Assembly (NCBI GenBank): GCA_965238005.1
Contig: OZ250165.1
Location: 4,480,001-4,544,000, forward strand
Length of the DNA: 64,000 nucleotides
Reading direction: 5' to 3'
From: Longimicrobiales bacterium
GTDB lineage: Bacteria; Gemmatimonadota; Gemmatimonadetes; Longimicrobiales; Gaopeijiaceae
Position numbers and translations under genes: made by a program. The stretch's first letter is position 1, and each line of letters starts with the position of its first letter. Shown here piece by piece: positions 1 to 10,486 of this stretch. The notes beneath the pieces are model-generated. The model had not been told where the DNA came from, did not search any database, and saw only the letters and a list, made by a program, of their open reading frames with translations.

Positions 1-1181
1 GAACGCGTGGTGCTCCGGGAATCGATCCCTGCCCTGAGCTCGAAGCGCATGGTGGGGTCTGGAGGTTCGATGCCAACAAGACTGGACAGACTCAGCAAGA
101 TGGTTACCGATACGCCAGTGGCATCCGTAGCGTAGTGGGTATGGCTTGGAATCCAGTCGACGACGACTTGTACCTGGTAATGCACGGCCGGGACGATTTG
201 CTGAGGTTGTTTCCCCGATTTTTTTCGCCGTTACAGAGTGCCGAATTACCTTCTGAGGAGTTCCTACGAGTCAGGGACGGTTCGAATTTCGGATGGCCCT
301 ATTGTTACTACGATCAGATTCAGGGAAGGAAGGTCCTGGCACCGGAATACGGTGGAGATGGCGATGAGATAGGCCGATGCGAGCAGTTCGATGCACCGGA
401 GATCGGCTTCCCCGGACATTGGGCCCCCAATGACGTGGTGTTCTACCAGGGAAGCCAGTTTCCCGAGCGGTACCGAAATGGTGCTTTCATCGCGTTTCAT
501 GGTTCCACTATCCGTGCGCCATATCCGCAAGCCGGGTACTTCGTTGCCTTTGTCCCCTTTGAAAACGGTCGGGTTACCAGGGAGTGGGAAGTTTTTGCCG
601 ATGGATTTGCCGGAGCGGATCCAATTGTGAGCGTCAGTGATGCGACGTATCGGCCGACCGGTATAGCGGTGGGTCCTGATGGGTCGTTGTATATCAGTGA
701 TACGGAAAAGGGCAAGATCTGGAGAATCATGTTCAAGGGAAACCGGAGCGAGTTCGGGGACCAGCAACTGGCTGCGATGGGAGACAGGAAGTCCGAATCC
801 AATTTGAGAAGACCCCATCTTATTGACGACAATCTTCAAGGCGATGCGGAGTTTGCCGGGCAAACCACTTATTGGACCTACTGCAGCACCTGTCACCAGG
901 AGGATGGACGGGGTGCCTCCGGACGGTTTCCACCCCTTGCCGGGGCTGATTGGGTAACAGGGGCTAAGAACAGATTGATCGGAGTAGTCTTGAACGGCTT
1001 GCAGGGCCCTATTGATGTGGGCGGCGTCCCATATCAGGGCGTCATGCCCCAGCACGGCTTCTTGAGCGATGAGGACATCGCTGAAGTGTTGACCTACATT
1101 CGACAAGACTTTGGGAACGATGCAAGTGAAGTGACTGTGGCCGACGTACAGGCGGTCCGAAACGTTCCGAGTACTCGGTAA
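1..1181 (+). CDS. PQQ/sorbosone-type sugar dehydrogenase with C-terminal cytochrome c (5'-truncated by window)
   Basis: Frame open from position 3 (…HGGVWRFDA…YASGIRSVVGMAWNP). FGWPYCY, GHWAP and RPTGIAVGPDG are beta-propeller dehydrogenase motifs. C-terminal CSTCH haem motif and MP axial ligand. Confidence 0.85.
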   Translation, partial: TRGAPGIDPCPELEAHGGVWRFDANKTGQTQQDGYRYASGIRSVVGMAWNPVDDDLYLVMHGRDDLLRLFPRFFSPLQSAELPSEEFLRVRDGSNFGWPYCYYDQIQGRKVLAPEYGGDGDEIGRCEQFDAPEIGFPGHWAPNDVVFYQGSQFPERYRNGAFIAFHGSTIRAPYPQAGYFVAFVPFENGRVTREWEVFADGFAGADPIVSVSDATYRPTGIAVGPDGSLYISDTEKGKIWRIMFKGNRSEFGDQQLAAMGDRKSESNLRRPHLIDDNLQGDAEFAGQTTYWTYCSTCHQEDGRGASGRFPPLAGADWVTGAKNRLIGVVLNGLQGPIDVGGVPYQGVMPQHGFLSDEDIAEVLTYIRQDFGNDASEVTVADVQAVRNVPSTR

Positions 1182-1299
1182 GTACGGCCCGACCTTGAAC
1201 ACCCGGCAGGCGTCTGGTCCTCCATTCTCGGGCTGCAGTAAGGCCCCCTGCAACGCACCGGTGTAGCAGAACCCTACCCGGTGCCCTATTTCAAAGACC

Positions 1300-1689
1300 A
1301 TGGACGATTCATCGGTGGAACCACAGATTGCTGCACAGTGCGTTCGAGGGGGCATGGTCGGAATCGGCATGATCTTCGCCGAGACCTATCGGCCCTTCTT
1401 CGAGAACACGAGGCGCGACGGGTTCTACGACCGCCGTTTTGGTCTCTTCGAAGTGGACCTCACGGCCGTTGCCAGCCGCACGGGCCACCGTGCGGAGGTG
1501 TACAAGCGAGCCTCACGTGGCAAAGTGGCCGATTTTCAGAGTTTTGCCGGATCGGATGCGGTCGCCCAACTAGTGGACACCGATCTCGATTTCGTCTGCG
1601 TCCCCGGCCTGGACCTATCCATGGAACAGAGCGTCACTATTCTGAGTCGGGATAATGCGCAACATGGGCACCCGCAGACTTTGCGATGA
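1300..1689 (+). pseudogene. N-terminal fragment of a Gfo/Idh/MocA-like oxidoreductase
   Basis: Rossmann-like GMVGIGMI…DLDFVCV, then similarity stops where ATP(D)xxH would be expected. Only 129 aa. Confidence 0.5.
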
Positions 1690-2612
1690 CTGACGAGAGA
1701 TTGGCTCTCGCCCTGATGCTTGGCAGTCTGCTCCTTCACGGAGGGTGTCAACGTCCGGCGCAGGAGACGGGGGAGGCCGACCTGTTCGTGAGCAGGGCCT
1801 TCACAGAGCCTGGCGCCTTCACTTCCGGGATCGAGGGCCCGGCCGTGGACGGGCGGGGCAATATCTACGCCGTCAACTACGAGCGTAAGCACACCATTGG
1901 GATCGTTACGCCCGAAGGGCAGGCGAGCGTCTTCGTTGCGCTTCCCGACAGCAGCACCGGCAATGGCATTCGTTTTACCAGGGACGGCACGATGCTGGTG
2001 GCCGATTACGTTAACCACAACGTGCTCAAGGTCGATATGGCCACACTTGCGGTCAGCGTCTACGCCTACGAGCCGGGCATGAACCAGCCGAATGATCTGG
2101 CAATTGGCGCCAATGACATGGTCTACGCCAGCGATCCGAACTGGAAGGAAGGGACGGGCCAACTCTGGCGGGTGGATCCCGACGGCGCCGCCTCGCTACT
2201 CGAAGCCGGCATGGGAACCACCAATGGTATCGAAGTCAGTCCGGACGAGAAGACACTCTACGTGAACGAATCGGCGCAACTCCGCGTGTGGGCGTATGAT
2301 CTGTCCGAAGCTGGAGAAATCAGCAACAAACGCCTGCTCATCGAATTCCCGGACTACAGCCTGGACGGAATGCGCTGTGACGTCGAGGGCAACATCTACA
2401 TCACCCGCCACGGGAAGGGCACGGTAGTTAAAGTCTCCCCGCAAGGTGAGGTGCTGCTTGAGGTAAACGTGTCAGGACAGAAACCCAGCAACATCGCCTT
2501 CGGTGGTCCGGACGGCCGCACCGCGTACGTGACATTGGCCGATCGCGGCCTCCTGGATGTGTTCCGGGTGGACCACCCCGGGAGAAGCTGGGCGTTGCTT
2601 CAGGCACGGTAG
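1686..2612 (+). CDS. SMP-30/gluconolactonase family lipoprotein
   Basis: Lipobox LHGGC; IEGPAVD, PNDL, NGIEVSPD and DGMRCD motifs. Confidence 0.9.
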   Translation: MTDERLALALMLGSLLLHGGCQRPAQETGEADLFVSRAFTEPGAFTSGIEGPAVDGRGNIYAVNYERKHTIGIVTPEGQASVFVALPDSSTGNGIRFTRDGTMLVADYVNHNVLKVDMATLAVSVYAYEPGMNQPNDLAIGANDMVYASDPNWKEGTGQLWRVDPDGAASLLEAGMGTTNGIEVSPDEKTLYVNESAQLRVWAYDLSEAGEISNKRLLIEFPDYSLDGMRCDVEGNIYITRHGKGTVVKVSPQGEVLLEVNVSGQKPSNIAFGGPDGRTAYVTLADRGLLDVFRVDHPGRSWALLQAR

Positions 2613-2713
2613 CTCTCCGCCCGGGTGACGGCATTGGAGGTTGCGACCGACGGAATCTCCTTGCTTTCCGCCGGTCATGTCGGACGCCGGCATGTCGAGT
2701 CTCGGCAATCCCG

Positions 2714-3130
2714 TTAGGGGGCGCCGCCCTCGAATACCAAGTATCCGAATCGGTTCGGCTGATGGAAGTCTAAGAGAGTGGGGGACCAAGCCAGCTCTTC
2801 GACCTGGTAGCCTTCTCCACGGTTGAATCGATAGAAGCCCCCCCGCCACACTTCTCCGGGCGCCGGTGTCGAGACCGCCAGATCCGAGAACGGCACCGTG
2901 ACCTCCACGACCCACTGAACGTCCGAGTCGCTGCCGTCCCCCACCGTCCCCTTCACAACGACGGCGCTGGTCATGCCGGCGGCCGTGTAGCTCCAGTCGC
3001 CTTCGATCCCTGAGGAGATTCCGGAGTCGTCGAGGGTGTTTAAGATAACGGCGTCGAAGACGGCCCCCAGGGGATTCCACTGGAACTCGATATACCGAGT
3101 AGGTCCCTCCACGGCGAGGAAAAACTCAGC
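2714..3130 (-). pseudogene. C-terminal fragment of a carbohydrate-binding family 9-like protein
   Basis: YIEFQWNPLG…WVVEVTVPFSDL…WRGGFYR…AWSPT…FHQPNRFG. The upstream part of the ORF does not look like protein. Confidence 0.6.
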
Positions 3131-3544
3131 GGTGAGTATGGCTGAAAGGCGTGCGAGCTTGGCGTAGGGTTCACTATCGTCTGTGGGCAACACGATCGGC
3201 CGGCGGCCTCCTGGGAGGTCGATGACCGGAAGCGAGCCAAGCCCCCTGTGCGTCACGCAAATATCCCAAGCCCACACCCAGGTGAAATGGCTCCCCAACC
3301 CGCCATGAACCGGCTGGAACCCGATCCCCTCGGGCAGGAGGTCCGCTGGGGAGTCGGACCGTCCTATGCAAGAGAGCCGATCACCGCATCCAGTCCGCAA
3401 AGATCCCGGTTCGCGCGCTTCGCCCGCGGTCACCGCATTAGCCGCGCCACAGAATCTCAGTGACGTTAGGCATCGCTCAGGCAACCGGATCCAACTGGAC
3501 GAGCAACGTCTTCCGAGGCTGCGGACTGCAGCCACGTTGTGAGA

Positions 3545-4033
3545 TCAGCCCCCGCCTCCGAGCAGCTCCCGTGATTCATCTTCGGTAAGCCCCGCCTCGG
3601 CCACGTTCGCACCTGCGTCCAGCGATTCTCGGTCCTCCGCCATTCTGGCTAGGGCCAGCGAACCAGCAGCGGAGCCCGCACCCGCCAGTGCGAACACGGG
3701 GCCCAACACCAGAATCTCTAGTGTGGTGTCCCCTGCAATGGCCACGGCCAAGACGAAGATCACGGACAGCAGAAGACCCCCAACCGCCCCCCACCCTGCG
3801 AAGCGCGGAAGCGACATCTGATCAAACCTGCGACGGCCCTCGACAACCCCGAGGACCCCAGAGAACGTGGTGCCGGCAAGAAAGCCGAGCAGGCCAAAGA
3901 AGAGGGGAAACGGGACGTCGGCGGCGCCAACACCGACTACCAGCAGGAGGACGATGCCCGCGCCGAACCATGCCATTGCCCAGGTCAGGCCCATCCCGAT
4001 CGCACCGCGGATGCGTCGCACCCACTTCTTCAT
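3545..4033 (-). CDS. Hypothetical 4-TM membrane protein
   Basis: GGGGAGG RBS before MKKWVRR; four hydrophobic segments. Confidence 0.75.
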   Translation of the reverse strand: MKKWVRRIRGAIGMGLTWAMAWFGAGIVLLLVVGVGAADVPFPLFFGLLGFLAGTTFSGVLGVVEGRRRFDQMSLPRFAGWGAVGGLLLSVIFVLAVAIAGDTTLEILVLGPVFALAGAGSAAGSLALARMAEDRESLDAGANVAEAGLTEDESRELLGGGG

Positions 4034-4185
4034 TGACACCTCCCCATGCACCTAGACGTTCTACTACCGATGCTGCCGATCAGGTCTGCGTCACGAGAAC
4101 CGACCATTGTAGGCCTCTGGCCCGTGCAGATCGCGGATTCGGCAAGGAACATCAGCGACTTCATAGTACAAGTACTGGCTATCGC

Positions 4186-6474
4186 CTAGTTTTGCCAGCG
4201 CTCGGTCCTGACCTCGGCGAGCACCGATTCGAACGGATTGAACACAATGTCCTCGGGCTCCATTGGCAGCAGGGGCAATTCTGTCACGGTTTCCGGTCCA
4301 GTAACCATGATGTTGACCTGGCTATGCCCCGCGACACCGAAATCCAGGTAAATGGGAACGATCATCTGGAACGTGTCCGGCACCTTCTCCTGACGCACTC
4401 GCACAGTAGCCCGGTACTCGCCGCTGGGGAGCTCCTGGAGGTTATACGAAAAACGGTACTCCGGAATTCCCGTACCGTACACCCACTGGTCCAAGAACCA
4501 GTCCATGGGGATCCCGACATGTTTCTCCACCACGGCCATGAACTGCTCGGTGGTTGCCGTTTGGCCGAAGTAGGTCGTGTAGAACTCCTTGATCATCGCT
4601 TCGAACGCCGCGTCGCTTCCCGTTTCGGGGTCGGTCAGCAGCACTCTCAACATGTGCAGGACCCATGCGCCCTTTTGGTAAACCGTCAGAGCGTAGTCCT
4701 CGGGATCACGTGAGGTCCCCGCGCGGGTGCCCAGGCAGATCGGCGCGGCTTCATCGCGTCGATCCGTGATCTCTTCGCGGGTTTCCTTCAGCCGTCTCAT
4801 GAACATCTCATGCGACCCTCGCACTCGGCCCATGTACCAGAGGCCCGAGAACTCCGCGAATCCTTCGCTGAGCCATTGGTCATGGTAGGTCGCGGGACGC
4901 ACTCCGATCCCCCACCACTGATGCGCCACTTCATGAGCGCGAAACATCTCGTCGTAGCCCCGTTCAGAGGTCCACTGGAACGTAGACCACGAGAGCAACA
5001 CCAATCCGGCGTAGGCTTCACCGTGATCGTACGGGATCTCGCTAGCCGTGAACTCGCTGACGGTCGTCGGGCCATAGACTTGCTCGAAGAACAAGAAGCT
5101 ATTGGCCAGATCCAACGCCACCCGCTCCGTCATGTCCCGCTGTCGTATTAGCAGGACGGCATCCACACGAATCAGCTCACGGTGTGCGGCCTCGTCGACC
5201 TGCACCGTGAGATTGGGAAACCGCGCATCACCCGCTTCACGTTCCGTGAACCGCCCGAGGTTGAACGTCACCTGTCGTACGATGGGCGTCTCCCACGTCG
5301 TCGTCACCATGTCGTCGTCATCCGCCGGTGATTCGCTCACCTTGGACCCAACCGCCGCGACCTTGTAGCGCTCGTGATGGTAGAACGTCATGCGGTAGGT
5401 AGCGGGGCGCCCGTACTCGTATACGGGGAGCCACAGGGTCGTCGATCTCATCTCCACCCACAGATTCCGAAAGCGATCGAACAGGTCACCCTGATAGAAG
5501 AACGTGAGCGACGTGGCATCAGCCGGCGCAGAGCCGAAGTCGACCCACAGATCACTCGACTCTTCCGGTCGGACGAACGTCGCTGCGGTGCCATTGCCCC
5601 ATAGGATCGAATCGACCTCGAGCTCAGAGTAGAGGCGGAACGGAATCCAGTCGAATCCGTCGCGTATCCTCTGGATCGAGAGAGTTGCCCGAGCCGAAAA
5701 ATCGAGGTTGCGCTCCACCGTAGTGGCGATCTCGTAATGCCCAATCCGGATCAGATCCAGTCCTTCCTGGTAGACCGAGCGTCCCGTCTCGTGATCCTGC
5801 TGCCGATAGAACTGTGCGACCGTTTCCCGAGTCTGCTCTCTCCGCGCTCGCTTGGACAGCGATACTTCCTCGGCATCGAAGGGCGTGACGGTGAAGATCA
5901 ACGGGTCGCCCCGCCCCTCCGCGACGTGGGCATAAAAGAATCCGGAGGTATTGTTCAGCATCGGAAGCGCGAGGTCCCGATGCATCCATCCGTCTCCGTC
6001 GGACACATATTTCATGGCTTCTTCCACCTCGCGCCGTGCGTCGTTCGGCGGAGGGCCTGCCTCCCAAGTGACACCGGGAAAGACGGAATCCAAGTCGTCG
6101 GTAAAGAAGAAGACCGCGCGGCGGATGACCTGGTCGATGTCGTCCGACTGGTAGAACCGCCGCAACTGGGCCCGCTCCACTTCGATGGGGGCCTCCATCA
6201 AGAACCGACCCTCGCCGATCCATACCGCGCCGATGGTGCGGCCGTCGACGGGCTGCAGGAGATGCAGGTCTCCACTGTTTAGATGGAACGTCGCGGCGTC
6301 GTGCACGAGCATGAGATCCTGGACCGCTGTTCCGCGGGTTGGGTCGGGCTTCATCTCGCGGAGGGCGTTGTACCACACATCGTACGCCGTCGATTGCTCC
6401 TGGGCGGCCGCAGGCGGTGAAAACGCGACGCTCAGCGAAAAGAACAGCGGCAGACGACCGCCAAGGACTACCAT
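4186..6474 (-). CDS. M1-family zinc aminopeptidase, secreted
   Basis: Signal peptide (AAA|QE); HEVAHQWWG…WLSEGFA (HEXXH-18-E); YQKGAWVLHML. Confidence 0.9.
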   Translation of the reverse strand: MVVLGGRLPLFFSLSVAFSPPAAAQEQSTAYDVWYNALREMKPDPTRGTAVQDLMLVHDAATFHLNSGDLHLLQPVDGRTIGAVWIGEGRFLMEAPIEVERAQLRRFYQSDDIDQVIRRAVFFFTDDLDSVFPGVTWEAGPPPNDARREVEEAMKYVSDGDGWMHRDLALPMLNNTSGFFYAHVAEGRGDPLIFTVTPFDAEEVSLSKRARREQTRETVAQFYRQQDHETGRSVYQEGLDLIRIGHYEIATTVERNLDFSARATLSIQRIRDGFDWIPFRLYSELEVDSILWGNGTAATFVRPEESSDLWVDFGSAPADATSLTFFYQGDLFDRFRNLWVEMRSTTLWLPVYEYGRPATYRMTFYHHERYKVAAVGSKVSESPADDDDMVTTTWETPIVRQVTFNLGRFTEREAGDARFPNLTVQVDEAAHRELIRVDAVLLIRQRDMTERVALDLANSFLFFEQVYGPTTVSEFTASEIPYDHGEAYAGLVLLSWSTFQWTSERGYDEMFRAHEVAHQWWGIGVRPATYHDQWLSEGFAEFSGLWYMGRVRGSHEMFMRRLKETREEITDRRDEAAPICLGTRAGTSRDPEDYALTVYQKGAWVLHMLRVLLTDPETGSDAAFEAMIKEFYTTYFGQTATTEQFMAVVEKHVGIPMDWFLDQWVYGTGIPEYRFSYNLQELPSGEYRATVRVRQEKVPDTFQMIVPIYLDFGVAGHSQVNIMVTGPETVTELPLLPMEPEDIVFNPFESVLAEVRTERWQN

Positions 6475-6624
6475 AGGGACCTACCCTGCCAGGGAATGCG
6501 TAGACTGCCGGTCCGGTCGGGGCTCGTCAAGCCGGGCAGGCTCCGCCTGCTCGATGCACTTCGGATGGACCTCGGCGATGAGGACCAGAGTGACGACGTT
6601 CAGGGCCGCACGCCACGGACAAGA

Positions 6625-6740
6625 TGTCAGGGAAGACGAGCTAGATTGAGGGCCCCGGCCGACGCGCCAGAGCACTGCGAGGATCTCCCACATGGCCACC
6701 TCCCGATACGCCATCTCGCGCACCTCCCTTGGGTTGGTTA
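6625..6740 (-). mobile_element. Remnant of an IS21-family element (istA N-terminus joined to a terminal repeat)
   Basis: GGGAGG RBS then MAYREVAMWEILAVL, like IstA N-termini. It is followed directly by …TCTTCCCTGACA, a CA-ending terminus. Confidence 0.55.
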
Positions 6741-6775
6741 GTCTATCTCAGGCTCACTCGAAGGGAGCGTGAAAC

Positions 6776-9004
6776 ATGTCAATCAGAAGAAGTGCATCAT
6801 CATGTCTCCGTCTGGCTGGCTTCCTGGCTTTCCTTGCAGTTCACGCCGTGGACGGTTCAGCGCAGGTCCCCGCTGAAACTCAGAATCGGTTGCGGGCGAT
6901 CTTCGAACAGGGTGAGTTGAATGCCAAGTCCTTTAGCGCGACCTGGCTCCGAGATGGCTCGGGTTACGTCGTGCGTGAACCAGTTTCCGGATCGGGAGAA
7001 CCGGCGCTTGTGCGCTATGACGCTGCAAGTGGCGATCGCACTGTGGTGGCTTCACCGTCACAGCTCAAACCTCAGGGGGCGGACACGCCACTCGAGGTCG
7101 TAGACCACGCATTCTCACCGGATGGTAGTTGGCTGTTGCTGCAGGCGTTCCGGGATGAGGCCGGAAACCGTGTCGTTGATTACTGGACGCTGGAGAGGTC
7201 ATCGGGAGCGCTTCGAAGAGTGGTTGCCGGGGTGTCTTCCTCATCCAGCAACAGCATTGCCCCCGACGGGCAGCGTTTCCTCTATTCCGATAAGGGAAAC
7301 CTGCACGTGTACGATCTGCGCCGTGACCAGACGATTGCTCTCACGAAGGACGGGGTCGTCGGCTCGGTTTCGAACGGTCGCTCGGTCTGGAGCCCAGATG
7401 GAAAGCGGATCGCTTATGTGCGGTCGGACAGGTCCGACGTCCGGTTGCGATCAATGCTTGTCCCGGGGGATCCAACGTATCCCGAGGTTAGAGAGGTCCG
7501 CTATGCCAGAATAGGCGGGACCATCGCGACACTTGGTGTCGGCGTCGTCGCTGCCGAGGGCGGCGAGACAAGCTGGCTCTCCATTCCTGCGCCGGCGGAG
7601 GGTTTCTATCTCGGACAGATCGGCTGGGCCGGAAATTCCGATGAGCTGCTGGTGGAGCAGTGGAGCAGATTCAGGGACAAGCGGGAGTTTCTCATTGCCG
7701 ACGTCCGCACTGGTAAGATCACCAGTATGTACGAGGAATCCGATCCGGCCTGGGTCATCGCGAGCTACCGTAAGAATGCCGGACTGGAGTGGATCCGCGA
7801 CCACCGCGCATTCATTGTAATGAGCGAAAAGGATGGCTGGCGGCATGCCTATGTCTACTCACGCAAGGGCGAGGAGCAAGCCCTGTTGACACCAGGCGCT
7901 AGCGATATCATCGAACGTAATATGGTGGACGAAGCAGGAGGTTGGTTTTACTACAACGCATCCCCTGACAACGCGACCCAGAAGTATCTCTATCGTGTGC
8001 GGCTGGACGGCAGCGGAGAGCCCGAACGGGTCACACCCATGAACCAGCCCGGTACGCATGACTACGTCTTCTCCCCCGACGCTAAGTGGGCGTTCCATAC
8101 CTACTCCACCTTTGACACGCCTCCGGTTACCGAACTCGTGGAACTATCCGAGCACCGGGTTGTGCGTGTGCTTGAGGACAATCATGAGGTGCGCGCCAAA
8201 ATGGAGTCCCTTATCGCCCGGCCAGCCGAGTTTCTTCAGCTTGATATTGGCGACGACGTGGTGATGGACGCATGGATGCTCAAGCCCAAGGACTTCGACC
8301 CTTCCCGGAAGTATCCCGTCTTCATTTATGTGTACAGTGAGCCACACGCACAGACCGTGCTGGACCGCTGGTCCAGCCGAAACAATTACCATCGCGTGAT
8401 CGCCGACCTCGGTTATCTCGTCGTGAGCATGGACAGCCGTGGCACACCGGCGCCGAAGGGCGCTGCATGGAGGCGGGCAGTGTTCGGTAGCCTTGGCCCG
8501 ATTTCTACCGAGGAGCAGGCATCGGCTCTGCAGGAGCTTGGCCGTACCCTGTCCTATGTAGACTTGTCCCGGGTCGGGATCTGGGGCTGGAGCGGTGGAG
8601 GTTCGAACACCCTCAATGCCATGTTCCGGAAGCCGGATGTCTATCATGTAGGGATCGCCGTTGCAGCCAAGCCGCAACCGGACCTCTACAATGCATCTTT
8701 CCAGGAGATCTACATGAATACCCCGGGGGTGAATCCGGATGGATACCGTGAGTCTGCCCCAATCAACTTTGCCGAAGGCCTCAAGGGCGACCTCCTGATC
8801 ATCCATGGCTCGGGAGAGACCAACACCCATGTCCAAATCATAGAGGGTCTGGTAGATCGCCTCATAGAACTGGGCAAGCAGTTTGATTACATGACCTACC
8901 CCAACCGTAACCATGGTATCCGGGTGGGTGAGGGCACATCGCTACACCTGCGCAATCTTATGGTACGGTATCTGTTCACGCATCTGCCGGCCGGTCCCCG
9001 GTAA
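6776..9004 (+). CDS. S9B dipeptidyl peptidase IV family
   Basis: Signal peptide, DPP-IV propeller, GWSGGG nucleophile, IHGSGETN, YPNRNH. Confidence 0.92.
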   Translation: MSIRRSASSCLRLAGFLAFLAVHAVDGSAQVPAETQNRLRAIFEQGELNAKSFSATWLRDGSGYVVREPVSGSGEPALVRYDAASGDRTVVASPSQLKPQGADTPLEVVDHAFSPDGSWLLLQAFRDEAGNRVVDYWTLERSSGALRRVVAGVSSSSSNSIAPDGQRFLYSDKGNLHVYDLRRDQTIALTKDGVVGSVSNGRSVWSPDGKRIAYVRSDRSDVRLRSMLVPGDPTYPEVREVRYARIGGTIATLGVGVVAAEGGETSWLSIPAPAEGFYLGQIGWAGNSDELLVEQWSRFRDKREFLIADVRTGKITSMYEESDPAWVIASYRKNAGLEWIRDHRAFIVMSEKDGWRHAYVYSRKGEEQALLTPGASDIIERNMVDEAGGWFYYNASPDNATQKYLYRVRLDGSGEPERVTPMNQPGTHDYVFSPDAKWAFHTYSTFDTPPVTELVELSEHRVVRVLEDNHEVRAKMESLIARPAEFLQLDIGDDVVMDAWMLKPKDFDPSRKYPVFIYVYSEPHAQTVLDRWSSRNNYHRVIADLGYLVVSMDSRGTPAPKGAAWRRAVFGSLGPISTEEQASALQELGRTLSYVDLSRVGIWGWSGGGSNTLNAMFRKPDVYHVGIAVAAKPQPDLYNASFQEIYMNTPGVNPDGYRESAPINFAEGLKGDLLIIHGSGETNTHVQIIEGLVDRLIELGKQFDYMTYPNRNHGIRVGEGTSLHLRNLMVRYLFTHLPAGPR

Positions 9005-9034
9005 ATACAGACTGTGGCTGGTTGGAGGTTGGTC

Positions 9035-10327
9035 CTATGCCTCCATCGGCCGATCAATCGCGGCGCTTGGTACCGAAAACCATTTTGGTCCGTCTTCGGT
9101 GATGTAGGCGCAGTCCTCAAGCCGCACGCCGAACTCACCATAGATCGCGACCATTGGCTCAACCGAAAAGCACATGCCGGGCGCCAGCGGTGTCTTGTTC
9201 CCCAGCACCATGTTGCCCCACTCATGCCCGTCCATGCCGATACCGTGGCCGGTTCGATGCGGGAGACCAGGCACTTTGTATCCGGGGCCGAAGCCCGCGT
9301 CTATGATGACCTTTCGGGCGGCAATGTCCACTTCCTCGCAGGGGACGCCCACTTGCGCCGCGTTGAATCCGGCCGCCTGCGCCGCCTTTTCAAGGTTCCA
9401 GATTTCCGTCTGACGGGTGGTTGGCGTACCAAAGACCGTTGTGCGGCTGATGTCCGACCTATAGCCATGAACGTTGCATCCACCATCCATCAGGACCATA
9501 TCGCCGTCCTTCAAATACTGGGGTTCGATGCTTCCGTGCGGAAATGCTGTCGCCCCCGCGAACGAAGCGCCGATCCGCCCACCTGGAGCACCAAGCCTTG
9601 TATGCGCTTCTGCCGTAATCGCGGCGAAGTCCTCAGGGCTCATACCTTCTTCCAGCTGGGGGATGCTGGCGCTGTAAGTCGTAATCGTAATATCCGAGGC
9701 TTTCTGCATCAGTTGCAACTCATGCGCGGTCTTGTACATGCGGCACGGAATGGTGACCGGGTCGGCACTCACGTAATGGTTCCGCGCGGCTTCCTGGCGA
9801 ACGCCATCGAACAGGAAGAAGCGTACCCGCTCCTCCATTGCGACGCGACCGGCGCTAATACCGAAATCCTTCAAGATTCCGGCAACAACCCTGTAGGGGC
9901 TCTCATGCTCCTGCCAGACGCGAACATCGTCGCCAAGGGTGATCAACTCGCGGGCCCGCGCTTCCTCGAACCCTGGTGCGACATATTTGATGTCGCCGTT
10001 GGCTGGAATCACAGCTGCAAACATGCGTTCGCCACCACGCCAGCTAATGCCGGTGAAATAGTCCATGGACGTGCCCGTATCCAGGAACATGGCGTCGATC
10101 TCGTTCTCCACCATCAGGCGCTGTGCTTTCTCAACCCGCGCCTCGCGTTCCGCAACGCTAATCGGCGACACTCCGTCCAGCATGGGCTCCAGGTCATCCA
10201 GCGGACCGACCGGTGGGGAGGCCTCTCCACCGGGCCCGGACGCCTCGCACGCCACTAGTCCTGAGGCAGCGGTCACGGCGCCGAGGGTTCCGGCCCTCTT
10301 CAAGAAGCTTCGTCGGTTGCTATACAT
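9035..10327 (-). CDS. M24 Xaa-Pro peptidase, Tat-exported (lipo)protein
   Basis: RRSFLK Tat motif, LVAC; DGGC…SDISRT, HRTGHGIG, SVEP, GVRLED. Confidence 0.92.
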   Translation of the reverse strand: MYSNRRSFLKRAGTLGAVTAASGLVACEASGPGGEASPPVGPLDDLEPMLDGVSPISVAEREARVEKAQRLMVENEIDAMFLDTGTSMDYFTGISWRGGERMFAAVIPANGDIKYVAPGFEEARARELITLGDDVRVWQEHESPYRVVAGILKDFGISAGRVAMEERVRFFLFDGVRQEAARNHYVSADPVTIPCRMYKTAHELQLMQKASDITITTYSASIPQLEEGMSPEDFAAITAEAHTRLGAPGGRIGASFAGATAFPHGSIEPQYLKDGDMVLMDGGCNVHGYRSDISRTTVFGTPTTRQTEIWNLEKAAQAAGFNAAQVGVPCEEVDIAARKVIIDAGFGPGYKVPGLPHRTGHGIGMDGHEWGNMVLGNKTPLAPGMCFSVEPMVAIYGEFGVRLEDCAYITEDGPKWFSVPSAAIDRPMEA

Positions 10328-10486
10328 GAAATATCTCCTACCTGGGTTCGTGTGTGTGCTCAGGTCTCAAGAAAAATCGATTTGAGTGGAATTCCAGCAA
10401 ACAAGAAAACGGCGCCACGCACAGGGGCCAGCAAACGTCGGGTCTCTGGGATCGAATGTGGTTCCGTCGAGTCTCCCCACGCAAGA

